Source: Amoebidium appalachense | Taxonomy: Eukaryota; Protista; Ichthyosporea | Direction of reading: 5' to 3' | Assembly (NCBI GenBank): GCA_963693365.1 | Contig: CAVNZM010000010.1 | Span: 2,542,001 to 2,606,000, forward strand | Length of the DNA: 64,000 nt | Shown here: positions 45,877-59,179 of the stretch, piece by piece | Position numbering within the stretch: the stretch's first letter is position 1 | Layout of the letters: the number at the start of each line of letters is the position of its first letter | Position numbers and translations under genes: made by a program | The notes under the pieces: generated by a model | Told to the model about the DNA's origin: nothing | The model's input: the letters and a program-made list of their open reading frames with translations, nothing else | Databases searched by the model: none

Positions 45877-46825
45877 TCACCACTTGGAGATGCCCAGCCA
45901 CTGCAGCCAGCCCTGCTTCTCGGGCTCAGTCTTAAGGCCAAAGTCCACCAGTCTCTGCGCAGGTTAACAACTTTGTGTCAGAATAAGGTGCCTGTATCTC
46001 ATCGTGGCCACACACCTTGGTTCCGCGTACTGTGCTATGGTGTGTGTGTGTACGTCGGTGAATCCGTATATCTATGCATGCATGTGTACAGTGTGGGTGT
46101 GAGGGTATCTGCCCCCCCCCCCCCCCCCCCCCCCCGGGGGGGGGGGGGGGATGATGCATGATTGGTGGGGGGTAGGGGGAGGGGAGGGGGGAACGATGCA
46201 TGCTGCATGTTGCATGTGACGTTGAACAAACCAAGTCAGAACCTTGTCAAAGGTCTAAGTGTGCATGTGTGCATCTCTTTTTTTTTTTTCTCTTTCTTTC
46301 TTTTGATTTTTATTTTTAGTTTTTGTTTGGAAAGGGGGGGGGGGGGGATTACAGTGAAAGCGGCGGTGAAGTCCTTGAAGAAGGTCTCCTCCTCCTTGGC
46401 ATACAGCTCAACATACTTCCTGAACTCGGGGTCCCAGATAAGAGCCTGCGGGTGAACAACCGACCATCAGTGAATTGATTGCATGGTCTCTTGTTCCTTC
46501 TTCCTGTCATCAAAACGTACATCATGTGATGATACTGGTTGAATGTATTTATATTTGCTACTTTATAAACACATACATATCCCGTCATTTGGAGGTACAT
46601 GGCAAAAATACTAGCTTCATTAGCCGTTTGTTGTCACACGCACACCAACCACACCTTATGGTCCTTTTATGGCGAGAGCATGCACATATTGCACACGGTG
46701 TGCGTGCGTGCATGTGTAAGTCAAGAGTCAAAAGAATTTGCTTTGGTCCGTGGCGGGATTATTTGCGGTATTGTGTGTGCAGGAAGGCGGTGGGTAGGTT
46801 GTGGAACGGGGCAGGGTAGGTTAGT

Positions 46826-46856
<31 letters not shown>

Positions 46857-47395
46857 AGAATGTGCTACAGAGTAGTTGACTAGTATTCACAACGGACAAC
46901 ATAATACAGCTTGAAAAGCACACATACAGAGTATAAATCTTACGAATCGGGGGGGGGGGGGGGGGGGATACTAACCATGTCAGCGGGCAGCATCATCAGG
47001 TCACCGGTGGGGTCCTCGTACTGCTCGGGGCCCTTCCACTTCTTGATCGTCCACTTGTTCTGTTGCCAACCACACACGTCAGCACACACACACACACAGG
47101 AGAAACTATAGTGGTATATAACAGCTGTGGGGCCAAGCAAACCGAACTGACCGGAAAGCCAAAGCAACGGCACCAAGAAGTGAAGGGTTGATGGCAAGAG
47201 TCCCTAAAACTTGGAGGGAGTTCATAAAGTTTAAGTTCGGACATAATATTGAGGGAGTCAACTAACCGTCAGAAGCTCACGGAAGTACTCGTTGGAGAAG
47301 GTGGTCTCGGCACGAGTCCAGGGGCCGGTGTAGCTGTGCAATAACAAAAGGGTCAGCTGTAGGCATCATGCATTCAAGTAAACAGAGTGTACAAT

Positions 47396-47442
<47 letters not shown>

Positions 47443-47501
47443 ACACACCTTCCCCACAAAGAAGGACTTGGTTGTTTCTTTTTTGAAGCGACAACTCCCT
47501 C

Positions 47502-47532
<31 letters not shown>

Positions 47533-47813
47533 ACCTTCCCTACAAAGAAGGATTGGGTTGTTTCTTTTTTAGAGCGACAACTTTCAATATCTTGATGACC
47601 CGATTTAGGGAGGAAAATCAGTCATTAACCAACCACTTGCAAGCCCCTACCCAGAGGCATCGGGGTGGCAGCGGCCCAGGGCGTGTGCGCCGATCAGAGC
47701 AACGATCTCACGGTCGTTGAAGCCCATGCGGTAGAAGATATCCCGCACGTGCTGGATGGTCTTCTCCTTGCTGCCCTGCTCACGAAATAGGTGTCGGATA
47801 GTGGTCAGAAAAA

Positions 47814-47847
<34 letters not shown>

Positions 47848-47999
47848 CACAGACACACAGCGAAGCAGTGTACAAGATTGGAATTTCCTGCGCATAAATG
47901 AACACTGAAAGAAAGAACATGCCATATGATGGGCAAATCATGGGGAGGGAGGGAAGGAGGTGTGTGTGTGTGTGTTTTCTTTTTTTGGTTTTTTTTTTT

Positions 48000-48053
<54 letters not shown>

Positions 48054-49000
48054 CTACCTTGTCAGCGTCCGGCAGGCGACCGTCAGGGGGGCAGAAGTTG
48101 CCATCGGGCTTGTCAGTGCGGCCGGGGTGGAAGGGAATGGCCGGGCCACCCATCTCCTCAATGGCTACAATGCCGGCCTGGGGGTGGACAATGCTGGTGT
48201 GAGCAAACAGAAAACACGTTGACATAGAAGGGAGACACTGGTATTGAACGCTAATGAGAAATGCCTGCTCACACACAGCCTTGCTTTTCATCCTTTAGTC
48301 TTGAGCCAAAAAAACAACATCCAAGTGTGGGTTTGGGAAAGCAAACAGAAACAGCAGGGCAAGAAGGGAAGGGGTGGGTGGGTGGGGGTTTTTTTTTTTT
48401 TTTTTTTTTTTTTGGGGGGGGGGGGGGGGGAGGGGGGGGGAGGCACAGATGTGCAAAAGGGGGAAAGATGTGATGAGAGCAAGAAAGATGGCAGTGTTGT
48501 TAACGTACCAGGATCCAGAGATCAGCATGAGAGATTTCAGGGTGGGCCTTCTTAATGGGCTCGAGGAAGTCACGGGCTACACCAAGGCCGGCATTTGCGG
48601 CGTGCTTGCACTCGGGGCTGAAGCGCATGGTGGCTCCGTTGCTGCCACCGGTCTTGGTGGCCTGCAGGGTAGGGTATGTGTAAGAACACAAAAACATCAT
48701 TTAAAATAGTGAGGAAACATCGCTGTTGTGCGTGTGCATGTATGTTTGTTCATGGCGGGAGGAGAGGGGGGAGGGGGGGGAGGGGGGTCGTGAGCTACTA
48801 TGACACAGGTTCATTATTTGCTTACACACTTATACGCGCACAAATCATTGCACGTGTTCTTAAACTTTTAAAAAGAACGCGCCGGTGGGAACCGAGAACA
48901 GATGCTATTATGAAGGGGGTGTGAAAAGTGTGAAGCCATCAGAGGAACGTGACCAATGACAAATCATAAGTAGCATACATAATGAAAAACACCACGCCAA

Positions 49001-49053
<53 letters not shown>

Positions 49054-51305
49054 GTTTGAATGCGGAACACAGTACGAAGTACGCATACACGATGAGAAGC
49101 ATGGTGCAGGACACATGCAAAGGCAAACATTCAAGTATGCAGCATCAGCCATGCGCACAGTATGCGTCATAAGCAGAGCCCATCCTCAGGGAGGGCCCAA
49201 GTCATCAATTGCGTCTGAGTTTCGACCCCTTAGCCCGCGTATATGGGGGGGGGGGGGGGGGGGAAAGCCGACGAAAGGAGAAGGGAAGGGAAGGGAAAGG
49301 AAAAGGTAATGAGTGGGATTTTTTTTTTTTTTTTTTGGGGGGGGGGGGGGAAGAGAAAAAGGAGGGTGGGGGGAGGGGGAGGGGCGGGCGGGGCGGGGGG
49401 GGGGGGGGGGGGGGGCACATTTTGAAAGAGAGGGACGAGCAGGGGGGGATATGTGTGTGTGGGGAAACTTACGGCATCCCAGGTGCCGGAGGAGTGCCAG
49501 GCCAGACGGACCAGGGTGGGGCTGCAACCAAACAGTCAGTGCTTTGTCTCCACACTTAGCATTTACATTGTGTTACTGCGACCAGCCTTTTGATGCAGCA
49601 TTATAGACATTGCCGTCCAATTTACAAGATAAAATGGAAAAGGGGGAACGCAGCCATGAGGAGAGTGCGAGTAGAGGAAGTGTGGAGGTAACATCCACAA
49701 AGCACATGGGCGTACTAGTTAATGTGGAACAGGGAGGGAAGCGAGCAATGTCAGCGTCCATGTGTGTTAACTGTGATAGGAGGTGGAAGGTGGTGGAAGT
49801 GGGTAAGCGGATGATGGGGGGGGGGGGGGGGGGGTCGGATTGGGGGGAGGGGATTTTGGGGGGAGGGGGGAGAATGAGCAAGAAAACAAAATCAGAGATA
49901 AGAAACAAAGAACCCACCCCATGTTTGCGTTTTCACTCAGAGCGTCAGCAATCTCCTCCTTGATCTTGCCATAGTCGGGGGTGGCAGACTTGGCATGGGA
50001 GTACTGCAAAACAGACAGTGTAAGAATTCAATCAATTGATCATATTTAGCATAGCTAGTTAGGGAATAAGAGTGCCTTGTACAATTGCACTACATACCTG
50101 CACAAAAACTCACCAGGAAGCCTGTTTCCCAAGCATAACCAAATAGCAGTATGCACAGTATGCAATCATTCCTGCCAGGAACAGACAGCTCAGGAACATT
50201 AGTCTATGGATACACAAAGGTCGGCTGTCCGAGATGTACGCGACTATCTGCAAACACTCAAGGAATACTAGCTAGTTTTTTAGAGAGGACATAGAAGTGA
50301 GTGGCCCCAGCAGTTCAATTCCACCCCCCCCCCCCCCCCCCCCCCTTTTTTTTCCGTGTGTTTTTTTTTTTTTTTTTTTTTTTTTTTGTGGGGGGGGGGG
50401 GGGGGGGAGGGGGGGGGGGGGGTATATGATCATACCTGGTAGTAGCCCATGCCGGAGGCAGCAGCTAGGGTAGCTGCGCCGACCACAAAGGCCGCATTAG
50501 GGGAGGCCCTGTGAGAAGGAAGCAAAGGTAACAGCGTTAGAACAAGCAAGACTGTGAAAAAATAAACATTCGTGGATATTGGCACGCTATCTGCAGACCC
50601 TTCCGAAACATAGCCCAGAGAGGTCAAACCTGTTCAAAAGCACGTAGCCCGGCACCGTGCTTTGCTTCGAAGGGGTGAGCTGAATAGGTGGTTCATGCCG
50701 TGCAGAGGGATGGGTGTCATAGAACAAACCGGTCACTGCTTTCCCTAGCCTCCTAGACTGCAACCAAACATCATATAGTTTTGATGGGTTCAAACAGCAC
50801 AAGCACATCCGCTAATGAGTCACACCCCACCCCCCTCCCCTCCCCCCCCCCTCCCTCTCCCACCACCATCCTCTCGCTATCCCCCCCCCCCCCCCCCCCC
50901 CCCCTCCTCACCTTCCTCTCACCACCACCACCATTACACCACAACAACTATCTCCCTCTTCTTTCTCCTTCTTCCAGATGGGCAACTTGAGCCGATGGAA
51001 TTCTGTACCCCAACTTCACTAATCCTTTGCTAAGCACATCCGTGCAAAATTTGCTTTCCACTCCATACTTACTTGACATGGTGGGTGGCGGTTGCGAGGA
51101 AACGAGCAGCAACAACTGGAGCAGTCTTCTTAGCTGTAAAGTTGCAAAAAGCGAGCTCGTGTTAATAAGACAACATGCATAGTTCCAGCGAGTGACTTAG
51201 TTACGACCTATCCCTGCTGGTATAAAACCCGTGTATTGTCACTGTTTCCACAAAACAACATCCCCCCCCCCACCCCCCCCCCCCCACCCCCGGGGCCCCC
51301 AGGGG

Positions 51306-51355
<50 letters not shown>

Positions 51356-51567
51356 TAAATACCCACCTCCTGAAGTACTACCATCTCCCCACCTTCCACC
51401 TTCACCCTAACATTCCAATTTCTTCGTCCCTCCAACTACAAAGCCACACGTCCCGCCCAACTACCACGCCTATGCTGTCTCCGCAAGCAAGCAAGACGGA
51501 ACTAACCTGCCGGGCGTGCGTTGGCGGCAACAGCGCGCGCCACTTTAACGGAAGCGTTGCGGAACAT
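45877..51567 (-). CDS. CCP1: Mitochondrial cytochrome c peroxidase (class I heme peroxidase), ~12 exons
   Basis: Presequence [20 protein letters not shown] and an Ala-rich hydrophobic stretch, then [90 protein letters not shown] at 45877-45879. Confidence 0.93.
49053..49244 (-). mobile_element. Short diverged relative of the Penelope-like terminal repeat (solo or 5'-truncated copy) in a poly-G tract of a CCP1 intron
   Basis: Shares TTTGAATGCG, AGTACGAAGTAC, TAAGCAGAGCCCATCCTCAGGG.GGGCCCA.GTCATC and GAGTTTCGACC with 24917-25063 in the same order and orientation. Flanked by G-runs at 49001-49052 and 49245-49263. Confidence 0.82.
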
Positions 51568-52129
51568 TTTCGGGATAAGAGTAAACTGTTGCTACGCTGC
51601 ACACCCAGGCAAACACTGGATATTCATTTTTTTTCTTGCCTACTTTTATAGCTGTAGCCCCGTGTAAATGAGAGGAAGGCAAATGGCTCAGAAAACAGCA
51701 GACCTTGCATAAACGGCACAAAGAAATAACTAAGAATTTTAGACGATAGTAGTCCTGAAGGAAAGTTGATCTATTATATTATTTAATTTATTAACATCCA
51801 TATAGTCTACATTTGAAAAGCTAGTTTTTGGTAGTATATAGAAGCATACATTATATTGCCACTATTATAAGGAGCCTCAATTTACATCGCTTTTCCAAAT
51901 ACGGGTTTCGCTGTCATGATTTCAGTGCTCTTCAAACTTCGGGAATGAGAACCATCCTTGGGACATGTTCGTACAGCTTATCCGCGTACAGCGCCATGAT
52001 TGGTCACTCCAAATAGAGGATGGCAAAAAAAGCACAGTTAGGTATGTTATCTAAAACATCATACAGAAGCCAAAAAACTCTGTATAAAACTAAGTAAATG
52101 CTATATAACATCACAAAATACATATATAT

Positions 52130-53080
52130 TGTCACAGAGCAACTCTGTGGCACAGAAAGTGATCACAGAGTGGCTCTGTGGCACATAATATTGCCACAGA
52201 GCTGCTCTGTGCTGTTGAAGAAGGGGGTTCGCGATCGGCCCCCGATATCTCGATTGAATAAGCTGATTTTTTGGGAGCTTTCCAAGTGACTGCCAGTCCT
52301 TAGCCTCCAGTCGTATGGCAATAACCGGGTTTGCTTGCATGCATTCTGTAATTGTGTTTTTCTGTGTGTCCTGCCACAACTAGGCCACCTTATCAGAGAG
52401 CAAGATGCGGAGAAACCAGTTTCTCCGGGTTATCTAGGGGCCGGGCCCGTTGGGATTGTTTCTTAGCTCAGATTTGGTTTGCATTGCTCTTTTAGAGGCT
52501 GACTTGCTTGCTGTGCCTCGGTAGGTTTTGAGGGGGGCCTGTTGGGAAGCAGCAGTAATGATGTCTTCTTGGGGTTTACACACTTTTTATTGCGTGGACA
52601 CTGCCGGAGGCCCAGCCACATTCGACGGCCGGAGTGTGGTCTGGTCAACATCGATGCATATGACTAGTTGGAGCAAACTAGTTTCACGCATACAATACAC
52701 GTACACTTAAGGTTTTGCCCACTGGTGTCCTTTGTCACTTGTCGCTTTATTTTTATTTCGTAGCTTTGGCTTTTTCAGTTCTATTGGTGATTATGTAGCC
52801 TGTGGCTGCACGTTGCCTTCATCAACGGATCAATAAAACCGAGTCAAAAGAAAAAAAATTATTATTCAGATGATATTATCGGAGGGGAGTTCGGGGGGCT
52901 TGCCCCACGATTTCTGATCGGGGGGTTCAAGTATCCGAAATTTTAATATCTAAGGTAAAGATAATTTTATATTTTGCTTTTTTCCCTTATGTACATTAAA
53001 AGGAAAAGGGGGGTTCGGGGGGCTTGCCCCCCGTATATTTGGGTAATTCCGGCCACAGAGCACATTTTGCGGCTCTGTGA
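52130..53080. repeat. Intergenic block with repeated palindromes CACAGAG-N3-CTCTGTG (x3, plus one longer-looped copy) and two GTTCGGGGGGCTTGCCCC motifs; probable transposon remnant
   Basis: Palindromes at ~52133, ~52164, ~52194 and ~53054-53079. GGGGC-TT-GCCCC hairpin motifs at ~52888-52906 and ~53008-53032. Confidence 0.5.
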
Positions 53081-53634
53081 TCCCCGGGACGCAATCCAAA
53101 AAAATTCCGAGGAATGTGACCGGAATTACATGTAGAGAATAGGACACGTGCCGTGAAATTTGAGGTCCGATCATAAGTTTAGGTTGAGGATCTGAGGGGA
53201 TTAGATCGATATATTCAATTGGATACAAGCTTAACTGTGAAATTACTGATTGGACGATCCGATCCAATCAGACGTATGTACGCGGATATGCTGTACGGTG
53301 GAAGTAGGAGAATGATCGGAAATCGGAACCACCCACGCAGGAGAAGAAATGCACTTACAGCATTTAAAGTCCAATATTTTATTTTCCATACTATTTATAA
53401 TTAGTATTAAATGGTGAACACTGAAGTCCCTTGTGTATTACCGTTAAATGTGTAAAAATGTGTGGCCCGGGCCACACTGGCAGCGCGCGCCGCAAGTTGA
53501 AAGTGGCACTACGGACAGCCAATCATTTACCGGCAATGTGAGCTTTAACAACACTACTTCTATTGGTTTAAAAAAGTATTACACAATGATTTCTGTGTTA
53601 TACGCAATACAATTGGCTACAGGTCTGCTACAGC

Positions 53635-54441
53635 CAGGGATGTGTCGGGTTGGGTCGACCCGAGAACCAACCCGGCCGGGTCGGCGTTACCCAACCCCGA
53701 CCCGGGGCATTTTTGCTCAAACCCGGTCGGCTTTATGACCCGGCGGGTCAGACCCGTACCCAGCCCAACCGATGGCTCTGACCCGGTCAGTTCCCTTCGG
53801 GTCAGGGTAAAGCATGATATACTGATAACCATAATAAGTAGTAAATTTGGATTGATAATTGGTTTTCAGGGATTGCACAGTGAACTAATAACAATACAGT
53901 ATTTTAATCATGTCCATATATGGTAGTATAAACATTGCCGAGGCATAGTTAGCTACAGCAGTAGAGTACTGAGGCTAGGCTAGCGCTTTAATATAAAAAG
54001 AGAAAGAAAAAGAAAAAGAAAAAAGAGAGAGACAATCGTAACTGCTGTGCACGTTACGTTGTGTTTGCTTTAGTCACCACTACCAAGCTCTATATAATCA
54101 AGTAAGCTGCAAGCACACGAGCACTGTCTGTTCACATGTAGACACCATGCGTGGAAAAGCCACACACACACCGCGAGCACATGTGCACACACAGCACGCA
54201 CGCACGCAAGCATATCACACACACACACACGTGCACACACACACACACACGAATACATGTCCACACGGCCAGTCCGGGCGAACACCCGAGGTTTTCGCAT
54301 TTGGTAACCCGCGGGTCAACCCGATCACAAGGGTCCAAGACCCGAGAACCAACCCGATCCGGAGCGAAAAAAAGACGATCCGGCCCGAGATCCACCCGGC
54401 CTTTGCGTAAACCCGCCCGGCCAGTGACCGACACATCCCTG
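53635..54441. mobile_element. hAT-superfamily MITE (non-autonomous DNA transposon), 807 bp
   Basis: 14-bp TIRs CAGGGATGTGTCGG / CCGACACATCCCTG (Ac-like CAGGGATG end), perfect 8-bp TSD GCTACAGC (53627-53634 and 54442-54449), many subterminal ACCCG/CGGGT repeats, no transposase. Confidence 0.92.
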
Positions 54442-55187
54442 GCTACAGCTCTTAGCCAGCATCAATGTTTGTAACCCCGATCAGGGTTCGTGAGCAACCC
54501 CACCCAGTCCCATGCAACATCCCAGCCTCTCAGGTTGATAATGCCTTTGATATGCATAATGTAAATCCCTTTTATATTACATTTGTATTATACGAATATT
54601 TATAAAACAATAAAAAAAAGTAGGAATATTGTAGGACTCTACAGTTTTTGGACTCCAGAGCATGCAGCCAAACAGCTACTCGGAGGCTCTTGGCCAGTGC
54701 TGTGTTAAATATTCTGCCAGGCATGCGGATTGGTCTCTTTTCCCGCCATTTCAATTTTGAATTTGCACGATCCCAAACGGGCACAGAAAACGCTCAGGCG
54801 GTGAGAGCGGCCGCAGTGTGAGCTGTGACTCTCCTGCAGGGAAGGGTGTGAACGGGCGTGCGGTAGGCAACCTCGGTTGCAAAGAGCCTATGGAAGACTG
54901 ACACTTCTGGGAAAAAACTTCGAAGAAAGTTTTCCTTGGACGGAGCAGGGGCTAAGCACGTGCTGATCTAGTGGACACACACGTGTGGTTCGCCACACAA
55001 GATTCCCGTTCATATGAGTTATGTAACTAGCGTAGCAAAGTTTGCCGTGCCTTCGTATATCAAAGACGATCGAGCCCGTATTGCACATTTTTTAGGTAGA
55101 GCGGCTGCAAAAACACAACCACTCTACCGAGCATGCACGCAGTAGCGTGGTAGACAAGCTGTCATTGGATTGTTCTCACTAACGAAC

Positions 55188-56372
55188 ATGGGTCTGTCGA
55201 CGCTGCCGAGAGCAGCAGTTTTGCTGCTGGCAACTCTGTGTGTCAGTGCCAAAGGTACGTTTTTTCTCCTCATGTTGTGACATTCTCTTTAACGTTTCGA
55301 CTTTTTATTTCTAACTTTTCGCACATGGACCTGGCAGCTGGTGAGACCAAAAATACAGCCCCCACGGCAACATTTGGGCCAGCCCTCGCTTCGAGCCCGG
55401 AGTTGCCATACTTGACAGCCAAGCTACTGGAGGATATGAGGAAGAAACTGGAGGTGAGAAGACAAAGCCACAACCTTTGCGTGCCCTGCCTGTCCGTCCC
55501 AACCCCCCTAGGCACCCTAAAGCTATTCTTTCAAACCCCCCCCCCCCCCCCCCCTCGTCCCCCTGTCCTAACCGGCACACACAGGCACACTTCGTTTTTC
55601 ATGCTTAGCTTGAGCTTCCTGCCTCCTTTCCTCCCCCTTCCCTCCCCGCCTCCCCCCATGCCCCCCTCCCCTTTCCTCCCTCCCCCTTCCTCCCTCACCC
55701 TTCTAAACACACACACATACATTCACCACCACCACCACCACCACCACCCTGTTCACCATTTTACCGACCTTTATTTCCATCCTCAACGCCCCTCACTGGG
55801 TCGTTCATATGTCTCCCCTTGACGTTTCCACACTGTCCTACCCTCTCTACCTTCCCCTTGCAGGCTTCCCGTCCGTGCCTATCACCATTCTCCCCTCATG
55901 GTCCTTTCCCCCTCTGCAGCAGCTCAACATCCACATCCCTTTTTCCGAGCTAAAACACATCTACTTCTGACTACTCACAACACCCCACAGTGCAACCACC
56001 CTAACCAGTACATATCCTCTACACAACCTTACAACCCGTCCTGCTTTCACGACCCTATCCCCCCCCCCCCCCCCTCCCTCCCCCCTTCGCGCCCCGCCCC
56101 GCCCCGCCCTCCTCCCGGCCCTCCCCACCCCCACCCCCTTCTCTCCTCCCATGCTCTGCCTTATACTCACCACAATCGAAATTTTCACACACTGCACGGA
56201 TGCTTCTTCTCCGGGTGCTTCTAGAGTATCTTGCTCTATGGAAATGCGCTGATCTGACGGGGAAAGCGGGTATATGTAAACACTAAACACCTACGGGAAT
56301 GCTAACTTGTGTCTCGTCCATACTCCCTTTTTTACCGTTAAGACCATAAACACGTGCACACACACAGGCATG

Positions 56373-56403
<31 letters not shown>

Positions 56404-56412
56404 CCACCCACA

Positions 56413-56477
<65 letters not shown>

Positions 56478-56595
56478 GCAGTATGTGGACACGCATTTGG
56501 GGCTGCTGCGCACGCAGTACACTCTGGACATCAACCAGATGAAGTCCGACCAGAAGGTCTTTCTCTTGCTCCCTCTCCTTCTCTGTGTGTTTGTG

Positions 56596-56640
<45 letters not shown>

Positions 56641-56671
56641 ATGTGTGTGTGTGTGTGTGTGCGTGTGTGTT

Positions 56672-56705
<34 letters not shown>

Positions 56706-56731
56706 TCCCCCCACCCCCTTCTCTCTCTCTT

Positions 56732-56772
<41 letters not shown>

Positions 56773-56944
56773 CCCCCCCACCACCCACCCACCCACCCTC
56801 CCCACCGTTTCTCTCTACCTCTGAATTTCTCTTTTCTCTCGCACACGCTCTCTCTCTCACTCTCACCCCCCCTCCCCCCTTCTCTTTCCGTTTATGTTCC
56901 TCTCTCTCTATCTCTCCCACCCCTCCACCCCCTCCCACCCCTGT

Positions 56945-56988
<44 letters not shown>

Positions 56989-58198
56989 ATTCTATCTCTA
57001 TCTCAATCTCTATCTCTACCTCCCCCCCCCCCCCCTCTGTCCCTCTCCCTCCCCCCCCCCCCCCCCTTCCTTCCCCTCTCTGTGGATATGTGTATGTGTT
57101 GTGTAAGTGTGTGCGATTTTGTGGTTGGGGGGGGGAGGGGGCATGGGGCTTTATACCAGGCAATAAACATAAAGCTGCACGTAATGGTTGGTTTTCCTGT
57201 CAGAGGAACTATTCTAGTACAGCAATGCAGTCCGTGCGCTAAAAGGTGGTGGGTGGGGCAGGCCAGGGGGGACCAGCTATTGCGGCAGATTGACGAGAGA
57301 TTTGCTGTAGCACAGGCAGACATTGCCAAGGAGAGGAAGGTGTGCATTTCATTTGTTATGGGGTCTGGGTCGCATACTCACATGCAATACCACATTTTTC
57401 TTTTGGGACCTTTCCCCCAACCCCTTGCCTTTTTTCTTTCTTTCTTTCTTTTTTTTTTTTAGGACACCCCCCCCCGCCCTCCCCCCAACCACCCACCCTC
57501 GCCGCTGTTTTTTCCAAGGTCTTGTTCTTGATTGCCGCTTCTAGGTGGGTAGTGGTCACACGTACAGAACTCGTATGGCTCCATGCACGTATCAGCACTG
57601 GGATGCTTTACGCTGGCCGGACGGGGGAGCGGGAAAGGGGACGGGGGGGGGGGGGGGGGGGGGGGGGGGGACCTTGATGGTGTGTAAATGTCTGCCCACT
57701 GGAACACACGGTGTCTTATGTTTAAGCTTGCTGCAGGTGGTAACCCCGCCTACTCATGACATATCGCACTGTGTTCTGATGTGTGCTGACACGGCATGTA
57801 TGCAGGCTGACCGAGCAAATCTCAAGAGTGACGTGCAGAAGCTTGTGCTTGCAGAGACCAAAGAGTTTATTGGCTCCATGAAGGTGTGTGTGTGTTGTTT
57901 GGGGGGGGGGGGCATTATGTTTTCTGATTGTGGGCTTGTCATGGGGCTGCAGAGGAAGGGGCGGGGGGGGGGGGGGGGGGGGGGGGAGGGGGGCTGGGCA
58001 TGTTTGTGGCATCATGGCCTTATGAATGGGTTAGAGGGTTTGGAGGCTGTGTGTTTGTGTGTGTGTGTGCGTGTGTGTGTGTGTGTGCGTCTATGCCTAC
58101 GTCTGGGATAGGGTCTGGGCCTGAGGGTTGGAAGGAGATGTAGGGGTAGAGAGGCTCCGTATCGTTGAGGAGGGGGTGAATGTGGGGCAGGCTGGTGT

Positions 58199-58252
<54 letters not shown>

Positions 58253-58360
58253 GCAGAGATAGCACAGCATCAAAGTCAACATCAAAGTGCTAATGAGGCG
58301 TACAACATAAAGCATTTGCACGTGATTTGCATGTTGCTCTTATCTTCCATATCCACTCCT

Positions 58361-58396
<36 letters not shown>

Positions 58397-59145
58397 CTCT
58401 TTGACGTGTCTCACTCATAGACCCCCCACAGGCATTGGAGGCAAGGGTCGGCACACAACTCGATGCCGTGGAAAAGGCAATAGGGGTGGTGGCAACACGG
58501 GAGGAGGTGGGTTGATTGATTGAGCGGAGGGGAGGGGGGGGGGGGGGGGGGGGGAGGGTAATAGAATAGAAATATGAAAGACGGATAGGGTTGGAGAGCA
58601 AGGGGCAAGGAGGCGAGGGGAAGAAGGGGGTGCTCGGGGAGGGAGAAGGAGGAGGGGGGAGGGGGGGGGGGGGGGGGGGGGGATGTTGAGGTAAGACATG
58701 GGTAGGTGTGGGAGGAGGATATGAGGACGGTGGTGTGAAGGTGTAATGTGGTGAAAGAGACTGGCGTATATGCGTGAAAAGGGGTTTTGGGAGGGGGGGG
58801 GGGGGGGGGGGGGGGGGGTATATCAGGGCAGGGGATGGCATGGAGAATTGAGTATCTCGCTTGTAGGAATCGCATTGGGGAACAAGTAAAGCAGAAACGG
58901 GGGTTTGTGTGAGTGTGTGCGTGTGTGTGTGTGTGTGTGGTTGATGTGTGCTTTGTGTTGTGTGCTAAATGCTGTGGTGGGAGGGAGGGGGGGGGGGGGG
59001 GGGGGATGATGTTGGATGCTATGGCAAGGAGCAAGGGGCATAACCAGATAGGGTTGCAAGGGAGACTAAGACAAATGGAAACGCTCACTGCGTGTGTGTG
59101 TGTCTGTGTGTCTGTCTGTGTGTGTGTGTGTGTGTGTGTGTATGT

Positions 59146-59179
<34 letters not shown>

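Noticed and set aside
47396-47583. ~100-bp local duplication in a CCP1 intron (similar case at ~60735-60895)
   Set aside because: Ordinary slippage duplication bounded by homopolymer runs, with no sign of function.
45877-51567. Ascorbate peroxidase instead of CCP1
   Set aside because: The mitochondrial presequence with a hydrophobic sorting stretch and the LMMLP motif favour cytochrome c peroxidase.
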